NCBI GenBank assembly: GCA_036170915.1
Contig: JAVHQC010000037.1
Coordinates: 1 to 26,735, forward strand
Length of the DNA: 26,735 nt
Source of the DNA: Cyanobacteria bacterium auto_48_18
GTDB lineage: Bacteria > Cyanobacteriota > Vampirovibrionia > Obscuribacterales > Obscuribacteraceae
Reading direction: 5' to 3'
Below, in pieces: positions 9,801 through 18,502 of the stretch (positions are counted from its first letter, which is position 1; each line of letters begins with the position of its first letter). The position numbers were made by a program, and so were the translations under genes. The notes below the pieces were generated by a model, which saw only the letters and a list, made by a program, of their open reading frames with translations, did not search any database and had not been told where the DNA came from.

Positions 9801-10531
9801 CCCAAACGAAAAACAATCTCAACACCCCACTGGCCGTGAGTCGTGCAGCAGTGCTCTATGTTTTTCGCACTTTAACAAGAGCAAATATTCCACTGAACGA
9901 CGGCTGCATGGAACCGCTAGAACTGATTATTCCGAAAGGTTCAATGCTCAACCCCGCTGAACCGGCAGCAGTGGTAGCAGGAAACGTTGAAACCTCACAG
10001 ATAATTGTCGATACACTTTATCGCGCTCTGAATATCATGGCTGCCTCTCAAGGAACTATGAACAACTTCACTTTCGGCGACAATGAAAAACAATACTATG
10101 AAACAATCTGTGGGGGCTCGGGAGCTGGCCGTAATTTTGCTGGCACTGATGCTATTCAAACTCATATGACCAATTCAAGATTGACAGATCCAGAAATTTT
10201 AGAGTCACGCTTTCCTGTGCTCCTGGAGGAATTTTCCATCCGCAAAAATAGTGGTGGCACGGGGAGATTTAAGGGCGGCGACGGTACGATCAGACGTCTA
10301 CGCTTCCTCAAACCAATGTCAGCTTCTATCCTTTCAAATCGTCGCACAATTAAGCCACCCGGCCTCAATGGCGGCAATGATGGAGAATGCGGCGCCAATC
10401 AAATAGTGCGAGCGAGCGGCAAAATAGAAGAGCTCGGTTCAACGGCTACAATTCAAGTAGAATGCGGCGACGCAATCGAGATTAAAACACCAGGTGGCGG
10501 CGGCTATGGGAGAAACAATTGTCGCTCTTAA
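6827..10531 (+). CDS. oplA: 5-oxoprolinase (fused hydantoinase A/B family)
   Basis: IDRGGTFTD, GTTVATNALLERKG, SGPAGG, DMGGTSTDV, GPACYG, SVNIKERLDFSCA, HIPVHLG, YYETICGG, TPGGGGYG. Start is TTG 6827 or ATG 6833. Confidence 0.95.
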   Translation: MAMTFEFYIDRGGTFTDIVAKGPDGKIYVYKILSELPDQNQDPAVLGISAVINQVNPNLQSNHNIGQVRIGTTVATNALLERKGEPLLLVTNQGMKDAFKIGYQNRADIFALEIVKPAPIFAQVIEVPGRFSADGEEIQSFDSEQTKALLQGARDCGIKSIAIVFMHSYQYPQHEDKCAAIAKELGFESISKSSEVNPLIKFISRGDTTLVDGYLTPALKTYTDKLSDQLLSLNLQLNQQHSAGNADLQIKFMKSDGGLTTKDFFRGRDALISGPAGGVVGAKKAAEVHGISNIVGFDMGGTSTDVCYFQGEYERLFETIIDGIRVRVPMLAVHTVAAGGGSILNFDGARFLVGPQSAGAQPGPACYGHGGPATVTDANFLLGRISQTHFPQSFGIDHLQPLDLVATTSRFDDLRKQINHKSIEEIAWGFLTVAVEKMAQAISKVSTQKGHDVSEATIVAFGGAGGQHACLIAERLGVKQILISPLAGVLSAYGIGATTTTATVEQSIRKEFTAALLEELPTAIEKLCRVATEKLQAQSAATNVVLNQQLFLRYQDSDTTIPIELNYNLEETTKKFHDRHKKLFGFAFERNCLVLEEIRVTAQSEPGNLSLNSIQNVSAEIGYETPSSPQSKATDHLLFSQGQWHATKIHLRELLGAGTKIYGPALVAEYTATTIIEPGWSAEVLHDGALLLRQTEGGQNCQKEDLEEAEHSADEKEADPIRLELFSNMFMSIAEEMGITLQQASHSVNIKERLDFSCALFDSSGRLIANAPHIPVHLGSMGDSVVSLINSRDGDLSQRPIKANDVYVLNNPFNGGTHLPDITIISPVFDDQQERLFFVASRGHHADIGGITPGSMPPMSTTIEEEGVLLDNFLIVEDGEFNEASFIKLLNSALYPPRNIRQNINDIKAQIAANNKGIAALKELVQKYGRQTVSSYMDHVRANAALAIRNLLLDLKNGQATSTMDDGSQIEVSVRINKENRTAVIDFSGTSAQTKNNLNTPLAVSRAAVLYVFRTLTRANIPLNDGCMEPLELIIPKGSMLNPAEPAAVVAGNVETSQIIVDTLYRALNIMAASQGTMNNFTFGDNEKQYYETICGGSGAGRNFAGTDAIQTHMTNSRLTDPEILESRFPVLLEEFSIRKNSGGTGRFKGGDGTIRRLRFLKPMSASILSNRRTIKPPGLNGGNDGECGANQIVRASGKIEELGSTATIQVECGDAIEIKTPGGGGYGRNNCRS

Positions 10532-11124
10532 GTCGTTTGATAATAAGTATCATTTTGTTTGCATTGGCAACCTTGGCTCTATGGATCGTGCAGATGCGAT
10601 CAGAGCCTGCCTACACAGCAAGCAGATATTTTCCTGCACGAATCGATGATTTCAAACAGCAATGGTACAGCGAGCATTTATCGGCTATGAACGAGACTTC
10701 GATTTATAATTTAGCACCACAGGATGGCCGATGTATTTTTCGTTTCATTTGGCTTCGAACCTTTCATCACCCTATGTGCGTGCGTTTAGAGCATAATAAA
10801 GATGGAAAAACCTTTCTCTATGGCAAGGAACTTAACGGGGCTGGTGGTTACGAGCCTGGAGTAATGATCGCAGATCAAAAAGTAGAGTTGAGCGAGCACG
10901 AGTATGAAGCCCTCAAGCAAAAATTGGACTCTATCAATTTTGTCCGGTTGCCTACCAACGACCGGAATATTGGAGGAGAAGACGGCTCGCAATGGATCTT
11001 TGAATTGAATAACAATGGTCGATATCACGTCATTGATCGATGGTCTCCAAAAGGACCAATACAAGACCTTGGCCGTTGGCTTTTAGATGTGGCTAAATTG
11101 ACACCGAGCGATCATTTTTATTGA
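10519..11124 (+). CDS. Conserved-looking hypothetical protein with N-terminal TM/signal segment
   Basis: Hydrophobic N-terminus; motif-like segments RFIWLRTFHHP, GEDGSQWIFE, IDRWSP; overlaps the oplA stop by 13 nt. Confidence 0.75.
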   Translation: MSLLSRLIISIILFALATLALWIVQMRSEPAYTASRYFPARIDDFKQQWYSEHLSAMNETSIYNLAPQDGRCIFRFIWLRTFHHPMCVRLEHNKDGKTFLYGKELNGAGGYEPGVMIADQKVELSEHEYEALKQKLDSINFVRLPTNDRNIGGEDGSQWIFELNNNGRYHVIDRWSPKGPIQDLGRWLLDVAKLTPSDHFY

Positions 11125-11218
11125 CCCGGCATCTAAGATTGTCGCTTGCAGCCTTGTTTGAATGGGTATAAGCACAGCTGTAGCCGATAATGCGCCACCC
11201 AACAAAGACAAAACAGCA

Positions 11219-12004
11219 ATGAACACTATTTTTCTCGGGCTTCTGGCCGTAGCAATCTCAACGCTGTTGGCAGTCGGCGGCATGCTGATAGTTCGAAAGC
11301 GAGTTGGTACCAAAGCGTTGACTTCAAATCACGAAGTCGCCGGTTATCTACTTTCGGTGGTGGGCACGCTTTATGCTGTTCTTCTCGGCTTTGTCGTTGT
11401 CGACGCAATGGAACACACTCAAGAAATCCGTGTTCTGGTGGAACAAGAAGCCAGCGGTCTGGCCAACATTTTTTTGTGCTCCAATGGATTGCCAAAGGAA
11501 AAACGAGAATCAATTCAAAGGAATTGCGATCAGTATGCAGAATGCGTAATCAATGACGAATGGCTAGCCATGAGCCAGGGGAGATATAGTCCGAAGTCAT
11601 TCACTCTCGCTTGGTCGCTATGGAAAGACATTACCACTTACAAGCCTGACACCGAAGGCGAGAAGGCGATTCACCAACAACTAGTTTCCGAGATTTGCAA
11701 CATGACTAATAATCGTAGAACGAGAATAGTCAATGCAACACACGGGATAAATCCACTGATGTGGACTGTGTTGATCGTCGGTGGAATTCTCACAGTCATA
11801 TTCACATATTTCTTCTCAGTTGAAGATCTAAAAGCGCAAATACTAATGACAGTTTTGGTAGCGCTTACACTTTCTTTGAACATTCTGCTAGTTTTCGTTT
11901 TCAGTAATCCTTTCGCCGGTGACTGCGCGATAAAGCCCGATGCCTTCAAGCTCGATCGAATGATTTTTAGGAATTTCGAAAACGGCGCTGTGCCAGAGAC
12001 TTGA
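11219..12004 (+). CDS. DUF4239 / bestrophin-like membrane protein
   Basis: Four TM segments; VGTLYAVLLGFVV..EA motif, RR.R, C-terminal NPFAG. The start may be 11162. Confidence 0.8.
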   Translation: MNTIFLGLLAVAISTLLAVGGMLIVRKRVGTKALTSNHEVAGYLLSVVGTLYAVLLGFVVVDAMEHTQEIRVLVEQEASGLANIFLCSNGLPKEKRESIQRNCDQYAECVINDEWLAMSQGRYSPKSFTLAWSLWKDITTYKPDTEGEKAIHQQLVSEICNMTNNRRTRIVNATHGINPLMWTVLIVGGILTVIFTYFFSVEDLKAQILMTVLVALTLSLNILLVFVFSNPFAGDCAIKPDAFKLDRMIFRNFENGAVPET

Positions 12005-12062
12005 ATCTCCTTGGCAAAAATGGTGGAGTTATCATCCTGTTTCAGCTCGTTTGGAACACAAA

Positions 12063-12093
12063 AAAAAGGAGTTGCTTAACGCAACTCCTTTTT
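12063..12093. terminator. Bidirectional rho-independent terminator
   Basis: AAAAAGGAGTTGC-ttaac-GCAACTCCTTTTT between convergent genes. Confidence 0.9.
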
Positions 12094-12095
12094 CA

Positions 12096-14792
12096 TTAGT
12101 GTGATTCACCTGGCGGGTTGCCTGGCGGAATTGGTGGCGGAGGGCAATTCGGGAGAGGCGAAGTGAATTGCCACTGAGCTACTTCTGAATCGCAAGCCTT
12201 CGCTGAGCCGTCTGAGTTGGTCTGCCCTTGTGCGCGCGAACAATCCAGCACGTTTCCTTCAGACTCTGGGTCACCTGCTTTTGGTGGCTTGCGGCAGTCT
12301 GATTGAGTTGAGTAGGCGTTGTTGCGAGCCATTACCGACCAGTTGATTGTGCAAGGGTTTGAAGATGTCGGCGGCTCAGTATAAATGTTGAGCCCTTGAT
12401 AGTTCAGTTGTCCTTTCAATATCGATTGTGGATTAGTTGTGGCATTCGGGCCATTATTAGCAGTGCTCACGAGTATCATGCCGTCACCAGCTGTAGAGTC
12501 ACCACGAACAATCATGCGAAAATTGCGCGTTTGCGATGATGGCACTACGCTCTGTGCGAAGACTGGCTGGAATACGCCAGTGACGTCTGACATGGCGATG
12601 TTGATATTCGGCGGCACTGTGCCGCCAACGATATACATCGAACTGTCGACCCAGTTTTTAGAGCCGCGAGCATTTGTAACCTGACCAGTGGCAACAGGGT
12701 CGACACCTTCAATAGCGACTTCAGTCGCTGCGGTTTTCGGCGTGAAGAAAGGAATGCTGCGGGCAAGCATAAAGTCGCCTACTTTATTCTTCTTCGTGCC
12801 CATGGCGGTAATTGAAAGCAAGTTATTGATGATGGTATCTGAAACACGCACACCCATCTTGCCGTTGGTGGCAGCGATGGTGGCGCGATCCACTACAGCC
12901 TGATATTTGTTTACCAGAGCTTGAGCCGCATCGACAGCCTGTTGAGCCGCACGCACCTGACTATCATCATTATCATTGTTCGCTTGAGCCAGTGCTCTGG
13001 CCAGAGCGGCTTGAGCCTGAGTCAGAGCTGCCTGTGCCTGAGCGAGTAGTGGCCGGTACTTGGTCAACACTCTTTGAGCAGCGGCATCAGTTTCGCTCGA
13101 AATACGTTTGGTCTCGAGCAATTCTGTTTCGAGGTCATAAAGGTCGCCTACAGGGTTGCCATCGGTAGTGGTGGCATTGCCGCGGCTGTCCATACCAGTG
13201 GCGAGTGTTGTGCTCTGTGCTGCCCAAGCAAGCTGTTGCGGCACACTCGCCTGCATTCTGAATGTATAGGCCTGGTCAACATAAACCTGGCTATTCGAGC
13301 TATTGAAATTTACGAGCGAGCGCGGATCGCGGCCCGGAATCATTGCTGTGTTGGCATTTACCAGGGTGAAGATTGCACCATAAACATTGTTTGGATCACC
13401 CACCGGCGGCCGCTGCGCATAAGCAGGCTGCTCGAGGAATGAGCTGGCTATATTGCCGTTATTATGAGCGGGAAGAATAGCAACGTTCTGACCAATTGGC
13501 GAGTTGCGCATATCAAGGTTCCGCAGAGCGCGAGTTACTGATTCAATATTTGGCTTAATACCTTCATTTTTCAACCAGTCATATACAAAGAGTGACAGCG
13601 AAACGCTCGGGTTGTCGCCAGTGCGGCCCATATAGTCAGAGCGGGTGATGCCACCTGACCCAGGGAAGGCTCCGCCGTTAGCGGTGAAGTAGCCTCCAAC
13701 ACCGCTCCAGGGAGCGTTCGAACCACTTTGATCGATTGCCGATACTTGCGAAGCGTTCATAATTGCCAGAGGTGTTACTGAATTGTTGGTGAACGGGGAG
13801 GGGCTGCCGACGGGCGGCATGCCTTGCGGAAACTCGATTCGCAAAATTCCAGAAGTGGCGACCAGTCTTGGGCCACCCATCTGAGCACAGGCAGTGGATC
13901 TGACAATGCCGGATGGCACCTGAGCATTTTGACCGCTCTGAGGAGCGACTGCATTTGCACGCTCACGAGCAGTCAGTTTAACCACCGATGGTATAACCGC
14001 AGCGTTAGCCGCAAGACCTTCAAAAAGTGACTTATCAACTAATCGCACCTGTTCAGCCAGATTCGAAAGCATGATTGGGCCTGCCGGAGATGGAATTTCT
14101 ACCTTGGCCCGATAAAAACGAGTGCCGTTTACTTGAGCCTGGTAGCTTGTATTACCGCTCAAGCCATCCATACTCGCAGGATTCGGGCATGGTGTATTGG
14201 TGACACCAGAGGCACCAAAAGTAGTGCGCAAATCGCCGACTTCAATCGAGAAATCGGCAGCAGTCAGATCTTTATATCCAGCGGATGAACGGCGGTTGTT
14301 TGCATTGTAAGCAAGCGCCGCAGTTTGCAAAAGATTTCCGCCGTTAATTGTTTTGCCATCGGCATCTTGAGCGCTTCCACCTAGCATGTAAGTGTTCATG
14401 GCCTGAGCCAGATTGCGAGCGGCAGTCTTGGCGTTGGCAAGATCTTGAGTGGCAGCAGCCATAATTGTTGTGTTGTTCAACTGCTGTGCAATCAATGCGT
14501 CAAGTCGAATTGTCGCCATTACCGTATTGATCGAAACCACAGGCCTTTGCTCAAGACCGGCAATACCATACTGGTCAATGACGCCCACCCGGCCAATTCG
14601 CGGGTCAAGGATAGTGACGCGCTGCACGTCTTTAGCCACAGCAATCGCAGCGGCATCGACAGAATTTTGAGCCTGTTTTTGATAGCCGAATAACTGCTGG
14701 TAGTTAAGAGCAACATAGCCTACAACCAGAACAACGACCAGAAATGCCGCAATTCCGTAGACTAGTGTGCTGCCTGATTGGGTTCTCTTCAT
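12096..14792 (-). CDS. Large TadG-like pilus-associated protein (about 898 aa)
   Basis: Prepilin-like MKRTQSG|STLVYG, a TM helix, then QAQNSVDAAAIAVA, the typical Tad/TadG N-terminus. It also has a Q/A helical hairpin and a Cys- and Pro-rich C-terminus. ATG 14792 follows GAGAG. Confidence 0.75.
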   Translation of the reverse strand: MKRTQSGSTLVYGIAAFLVVVLVVGYVALNYQQLFGYQKQAQNSVDAAAIAVAKDVQRVTILDPRIGRVGVIDQYGIAGLEQRPVVSINTVMATIRLDALIAQQLNNTTIMAAATQDLANAKTAARNLAQAMNTYMLGGSAQDADGKTINGGNLLQTAALAYNANNRRSSAGYKDLTAADFSIEVGDLRTTFGASGVTNTPCPNPASMDGLSGNTSYQAQVNGTRFYRAKVEIPSPAGPIMLSNLAEQVRLVDKSLFEGLAANAAVIPSVVKLTARERANAVAPQSGQNAQVPSGIVRSTACAQMGGPRLVATSGILRIEFPQGMPPVGSPSPFTNNSVTPLAIMNASQVSAIDQSGSNAPWSGVGGYFTANGGAFPGSGGITRSDYMGRTGDNPSVSLSLFVYDWLKNEGIKPNIESVTRALRNLDMRNSPIGQNVAILPAHNNGNIASSFLEQPAYAQRPPVGDPNNVYGAIFTLVNANTAMIPGRDPRSLVNFNSSNSQVYVDQAYTFRMQASVPQQLAWAAQSTTLATGMDSRGNATTTDGNPVGDLYDLETELLETKRISSETDAAAQRVLTKYRPLLAQAQAALTQAQAALARALAQANNDNDDSQVRAAQQAVDAAQALVNKYQAVVDRATIAATNGKMGVRVSDTIINNLLSITAMGTKKNKVGDFMLARSIPFFTPKTAATEVAIEGVDPVATGQVTNARGSKNWVDSSMYIVGGTVPPNINIAMSDVTGVFQPVFAQSVVPSSQTRNFRMIVRGDSTAGDGMILVSTANNGPNATTNPQSILKGQLNYQGLNIYTEPPTSSNPCTINWSVMARNNAYSTQSDCRKPPKAGDPESEGNVLDCSRAQGQTNSDGSAKACDSEVAQWQFTSPLPNCPPPPIPPGNPPGESH

Positions 14793-14967
14793 TGCGAAAC
14801 TCTCACAAAGCAAATGAAAGAGCTGCCTCGTGGCGCCTCTTTCCATAGTAATAGACGAGTAACATAATTCAATTTTGTCGTTTTGGCAAGCCGGATGCGC
14901 CAAATTTCAGGTCATCTAGAGATTAACTCGTACCTTTCAACCCTTTCAAAGACGGCGTCAACTCAAT

Positions 14968-15435
14968 CTAACGCTGCATCAGTTGCATGATATATGGACC
15001 AGCCAGAATTAACACCGTAACCAGCACCAGATTAAAAGCCAGCACAATCGATAAAAGACTTGTGCCGATCATGAGCTGCCAGGCCACCAGAGCGTGCCGC
15101 ATAGACATAACGCGCAAGATGCCAAACCGACTAATTACGAAGAGAAGGACCGCTGCGAAAAAGAGCAAATCGGCAACTAAATAGCACAAGAGCGCATATT
15201 CTTTGGGGCCGAAAAAAGGAATGGCCAGAAAAACAAAAGCGCCGAAAATCGCACCTTTGAGTATATTGGCGCTGTTTTTATCACCCGCCCGAACTTGAAT
15301 TGTCGGGTCACTGACCGCCTTGCGGACGTAGGCGTACGATTCTTGAAAAGCGACCCAGTTCGAAACCCGTTTGCCGTCCTCGGCCGAAGCAACGGTGTCA
15401 CTGTCTTTTCTGGGCATGTCGGTTGATTCTGTCAT
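14968..15435 (-). CDS. Hypothetical membrane protein (3-4 TM)
   Basis: Hydrophobic helices; lies 18 nt downstream of the TadE-like gene; AGGA RBS. Confidence 0.75.
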   Translation of the reverse strand: MTESTDMPRKDSDTVASAEDGKRVSNWVAFQESYAYVRKAVSDPTIQVRAGDKNSANILKGAIFGAFVFLAIPFFGPKEYALLCYLVADLLFFAAVLLFVISRFGILRVMSMRHALVAWQLMIGTSLLSIVLAFNLVLVTVLILAGPYIMQLMQR

Positions 15436-15453
15436 GTAATCCTATCTACAATT

Positions 15454-15954
15454 CTACAATGGAACGATTTGAGGGGCCATCACAGCAGTGAGAGGAAAGG
15501 ACTGTTGTGAGGTCAGCGGTACTTGAGCAGGCAGAATGCCTGGAATGGTCGCCGGGAGCTTGTAGTCAATCTGAGTGCGCACCTCTACGCTGCCTTCATA
15601 ATTGCCGCCGAGTAACAGATTGCTCGGCCTTTTAAAATCATTTGACAGGCTGACCTGCACGAGCCTGGGTCCGATTATGTAGCCGTCTAGATGCTGCATC
15701 TTCGTCACTATCGAATTGGCCCGCTGCCGAATCGGGCTCGACGCCGGCAAAATGCCCACACCATCGGCAGTAATGGGTGCAACCACAGACGCTGCTCGGG
15801 CCGCATCGCGACAAGCATTGTCATTTAAGGTGGCCGCAAGGTAAAAGACAATCAGGTCGACAATAAGAAGAAAGATTGGAACCAGTGCAATTAAGCCGAC
15901 GGCGAGCTCTACCAGCTGTTGTCCTTCTGCATTTCTTGCGGTTCGCAGTCCCAT
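15454..15954 (-). CDS. TadE-like pseudopilin
   Basis: RNAEG|QQLVELAVGL, a TM helix, then NACRDAARAA. GGAG RBS before ATG 15954. Confidence 0.8.
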   Translation of the reverse strand: MGLRTARNAEGQQLVELAVGLIALVPIFLLIVDLIVFYLAATLNDNACRDAARAASVVAPITADGVGILPASSPIRQRANSIVTKMQHLDGYIIGPRLVQVSLSNDFKRPSNLLLGGNYEGSVEVRTQIDYKLPATIPGILPAQVPLTSQQSFPLTAVMAPQIVPL

Positions 15955-15980
15955 ATCGGCTCCAGTTGCCAGTGACGGCC

Positions 15981-16496
15981 TCAAATTGCAATACCTTCAG
16001 GATGCTCCACAGCACAGGTCGATTGACTTTGTACCTGAAAAGCAAATGGAAAAAGCACCGGTGTAATTGAGTAACGACCGTCGACTACATAAGTATAAGA
16101 GTATCGAGTCTGGTCTACAGTAACGTTGGCACCGGCCGCCAGGTCGAAAGGTTCCGGAGGGCCACCATCGAGCACGCGAAAAGTGCGCAATGTCATGCCT
16201 GCAGCAGTGCGAGGAGTGATTCCGCCGAACTGACCGAGCGGCCCGCCGAAGACCTGTTCGGTCGTGCGCTGCATTGCGGCCCTTGCGGCAGTTCGCGTCT
16301 GCGACGCGCCAGCTTCGCGGGCGGCCGTCTGAGTGGCAAAATTCAAAGTTGCGTAACCAGTGAGCAGTGACAGCATCGAAATCATAAAAAAGATAACCAG
16401 GGTCATCGCAAAAAGAGCTAGCGGACTTTCCGCTAGTGAACTGGCTTTCGTAGATCTTGGTTGATTAAAATCCACGGGTTTAAATGTGCTGAGCAA
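15981..16496 (-). CDS. TadE-like pseudopilin
   Basis: RSTKA|SSLAE, a TM helix, then ATQTAAREAG. TTG start after AGGT. Confidence 0.7.
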   Translation of the reverse strand: MLSTFKPVDFNQPRSTKASSLAESPLALFAMTLVIFFMISMLSLLTGYATLNFATQTAAREAGASQTRTAARAAMQRTTEQVFGGPLGQFGGITPRTAAGMTLRTFRVLDGGPPEPFDLAAGANVTVDQTRYSYTYVVDGRYSITPVLFPFAFQVQSQSTCAVEHPEGIAI

Positions 16497-16611
16497 TGCT
16501 TACCTGTATTAATATAACAACACGACCCATCAATGTTCCTTTATTGTATTTACCATCAGAAACCCGTGGCTAAGCATAGCGATAGCAGGCGTTTCAGTTT
16601 GTGGCCTATCA

Positions 16612-18063
16612 GTGCATGAGCATATAGTGAACAACGAACCAAAGGCAATTAAATTCTTTCAGCGTAAGGCAGTGCAGCTCAGTGCCGTCGCCGGCATTTT
16701 CATTCTGGCGCAATTAGCCTGGGCTACCTATCGCGACGCGCCCCTACCATCGTTTTTAACCGGTCAGAATTCTGGCACCACTTATAACGTCACAGCTGCC
16801 AAACCTGTCGACCCGACCGATAATCGTGGTCAACCGATCGCAGGTTTAAGCGCCCGGCAACTGGCAGCTTTCAACGAAGGCAAAGTGCTGTTCAAAAAGA
16901 AATTTACAATCAAGGAAGGCCTTGGGCCACTATTTAACGGTCAAAGCTGTTTTGAGTGCCACGGACAGCCGTCTGATGCCGTTGGCGGAGAAGGCCGCGA
17001 CAATTCGAGCACCAGTATCGTCAACTTTGCCCGACGCATTCCTGGTTCACCCAAATCTAAATTGCCGATGTGCGACGTCGTCGAAATGATGGGTAAGCGC
17101 GACGTAGATTTCTTTCTCGAGCGTGGCGGCCCGAGCTTGCAAAAGCGCTCAATCACTACTGAAAATCCAGACCTGCTACCGTTTGATGTGCAAGTCGAAG
17201 CTGATGTCATTCCGCCCGAAGCCGATATCATTTCACCGCGCCATTCACCACCGTTATTTGGCGATGGCTTGATTGACAATATCGCTGACGGTGACATCAT
17301 TGCCAATGCCATCAAACAGAATATTGAAAATCCAGAAATTGCTGGTCGGCCGATTTCTGCAGTTGACCGTTATACAGAGGCGCCAAGAGTCGGCCGCTTC
17401 GGCTGGAAAAATCAGAACGTCAATCTCTTCAATTTCACCACCGGCGCGATGAACATTGAGGTCGGCCTGACAACATATCTGAGCGCCACCGAAAATTCAT
17501 CACAATCATTTGGTATTTTTCCAAAAGAAGTCTATCAGGTGATACCACCAGGGCCAAACGACAAGGGCGAAATTCTTGTAAAGCTGAATTATTTTCAGGC
17601 ACTACTGGCGCCACCAAAACGTGGCGAAATCACCGAACAAGTCAAACGCGGCGAAAAACTTTTCAGCAGCCTGAACTGCGCATTTTGCCACCAACCATCG
17701 ATGGTCACCGCACCCAATGGTTATGTTGTAGATCCTGACAGTCCGTTGCCTAATCTCAAGTATTTGAGAATCGATGGTCTGTCAAATCAAAAGTTTTATC
17801 CATACTCTGATTTTCTTGTGCACCAGATGGGCAAAAAACTCGCCGACGGCATTCCTCAAGAAGGCGCTCGTGGTGGCGAATGGCGCACGACGCCTCTCTG
17901 GGGCCTGCGTTTCAAGAAATTTTTATTGCACGACGGCCGCACTCGCGTAGTGCACGATGCCATCATGGCTCACGGCGGGCAGGCAGAAAAGTCGAAGAAC
18001 GCTTACTTCGATTTGCCGAAGAAAGAACAAGAAGATCTGCTGGCATTTTTGAACTCGCTTTAG
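16612..18063 (+). CDS. Di-heme oxidoreductase (DUF1111 family), exported
   Basis: Two CxxCH motifs (CFECH, CAFCH), GLGPLFN, GRFGWK, YSDFLVHQMG, WRTTPLWGL, LHDGR; N-terminal TM/signal segment. Confidence 0.9.
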   Translation: MHEHIVNNEPKAIKFFQRKAVQLSAVAGIFILAQLAWATYRDAPLPSFLTGQNSGTTYNVTAAKPVDPTDNRGQPIAGLSARQLAAFNEGKVLFKKKFTIKEGLGPLFNGQSCFECHGQPSDAVGGEGRDNSSTSIVNFARRIPGSPKSKLPMCDVVEMMGKRDVDFFLERGGPSLQKRSITTENPDLLPFDVQVEADVIPPEADIISPRHSPPLFGDGLIDNIADGDIIANAIKQNIENPEIAGRPISAVDRYTEAPRVGRFGWKNQNVNLFNFTTGAMNIEVGLTTYLSATENSSQSFGIFPKEVYQVIPPGPNDKGEILVKLNYFQALLAPPKRGEITEQVKRGEKLFSSLNCAFCHQPSMVTAPNGYVVDPDSPLPNLKYLRIDGLSNQKFYPYSDFLVHQMGKKLADGIPQEGARGGEWRTTPLWGLRFKKFLLHDGRTRVVHDAIMAHGGQAEKSKNAYFDLPKKEQEDLLAFLNSL

Positions 18064-18502
18064 CGGTGAGGGAGAGAGGCAGAACTCAGACTCTCAGCAC
18101 ACCCTTACCAACTATAGACACAGCGAAATAGATTGTGATGCTTTTTGGGAGATTGCTGCTGAACTCTCAGAGCGCGATATGACGTCGGGTGACACCAGAT
18201 AAGGTGCAAATCAGTATTACAACTCTGCGCAACAGATTGACGGCTTGGGTTCTGAACTCTCCTGAATGTTTTTTTGCGGTTCGGTTTGGATTTGGTGACG
18301 AATGCTCGCCTCGTAATCTATACCTTACTAGGGAGTTCGCGTAGGGCCTTCAAGAGTCAATCAAGAAGGGGAAGTCTAAAGTGCAGAAATTTTCTCACGT
18401 AGGTTCACAAGCAGGTCACGTTAGGGATTTATGGTGAAAAGGAAGTGAATAGCGCTGACTTAGCTTGCGCAAAAAAATCTTACGCATAGAAAGGAAACCA
18501 AC

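Noticed and set aside
14793..14903. N-terminal extension of the TadG-like ORF
   Set aside because: The prepilin-like leader begins at MKRTQSG (14792).
14933..14949. Tandem CCTTTCAA repeat upstream of the TadG-like gene
   Set aside because: Two short copies with a 9-bp period; not distinguishable from chance.
18064..18270. Riboswitch-like words (GGAGAG, CTCTCAG twice; CTGAGA on the minus strand) suggesting a glycine, TPP or c-di-GMP riboswitch
   Set aside because: The remaining conserved cores (CCGAAG..GCAA; CCTGAT..GTAGGGA; GCAAA..GACGCAAAG) were not found. An Infernal/Rfam scan would settle it.
18064..18502. Missing N-terminal half of the rhodopsin, displaced by insertion of the EAL gene
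   Set aside because: No hydrophobic open frame or RYxDW-type motif was seen by eye.
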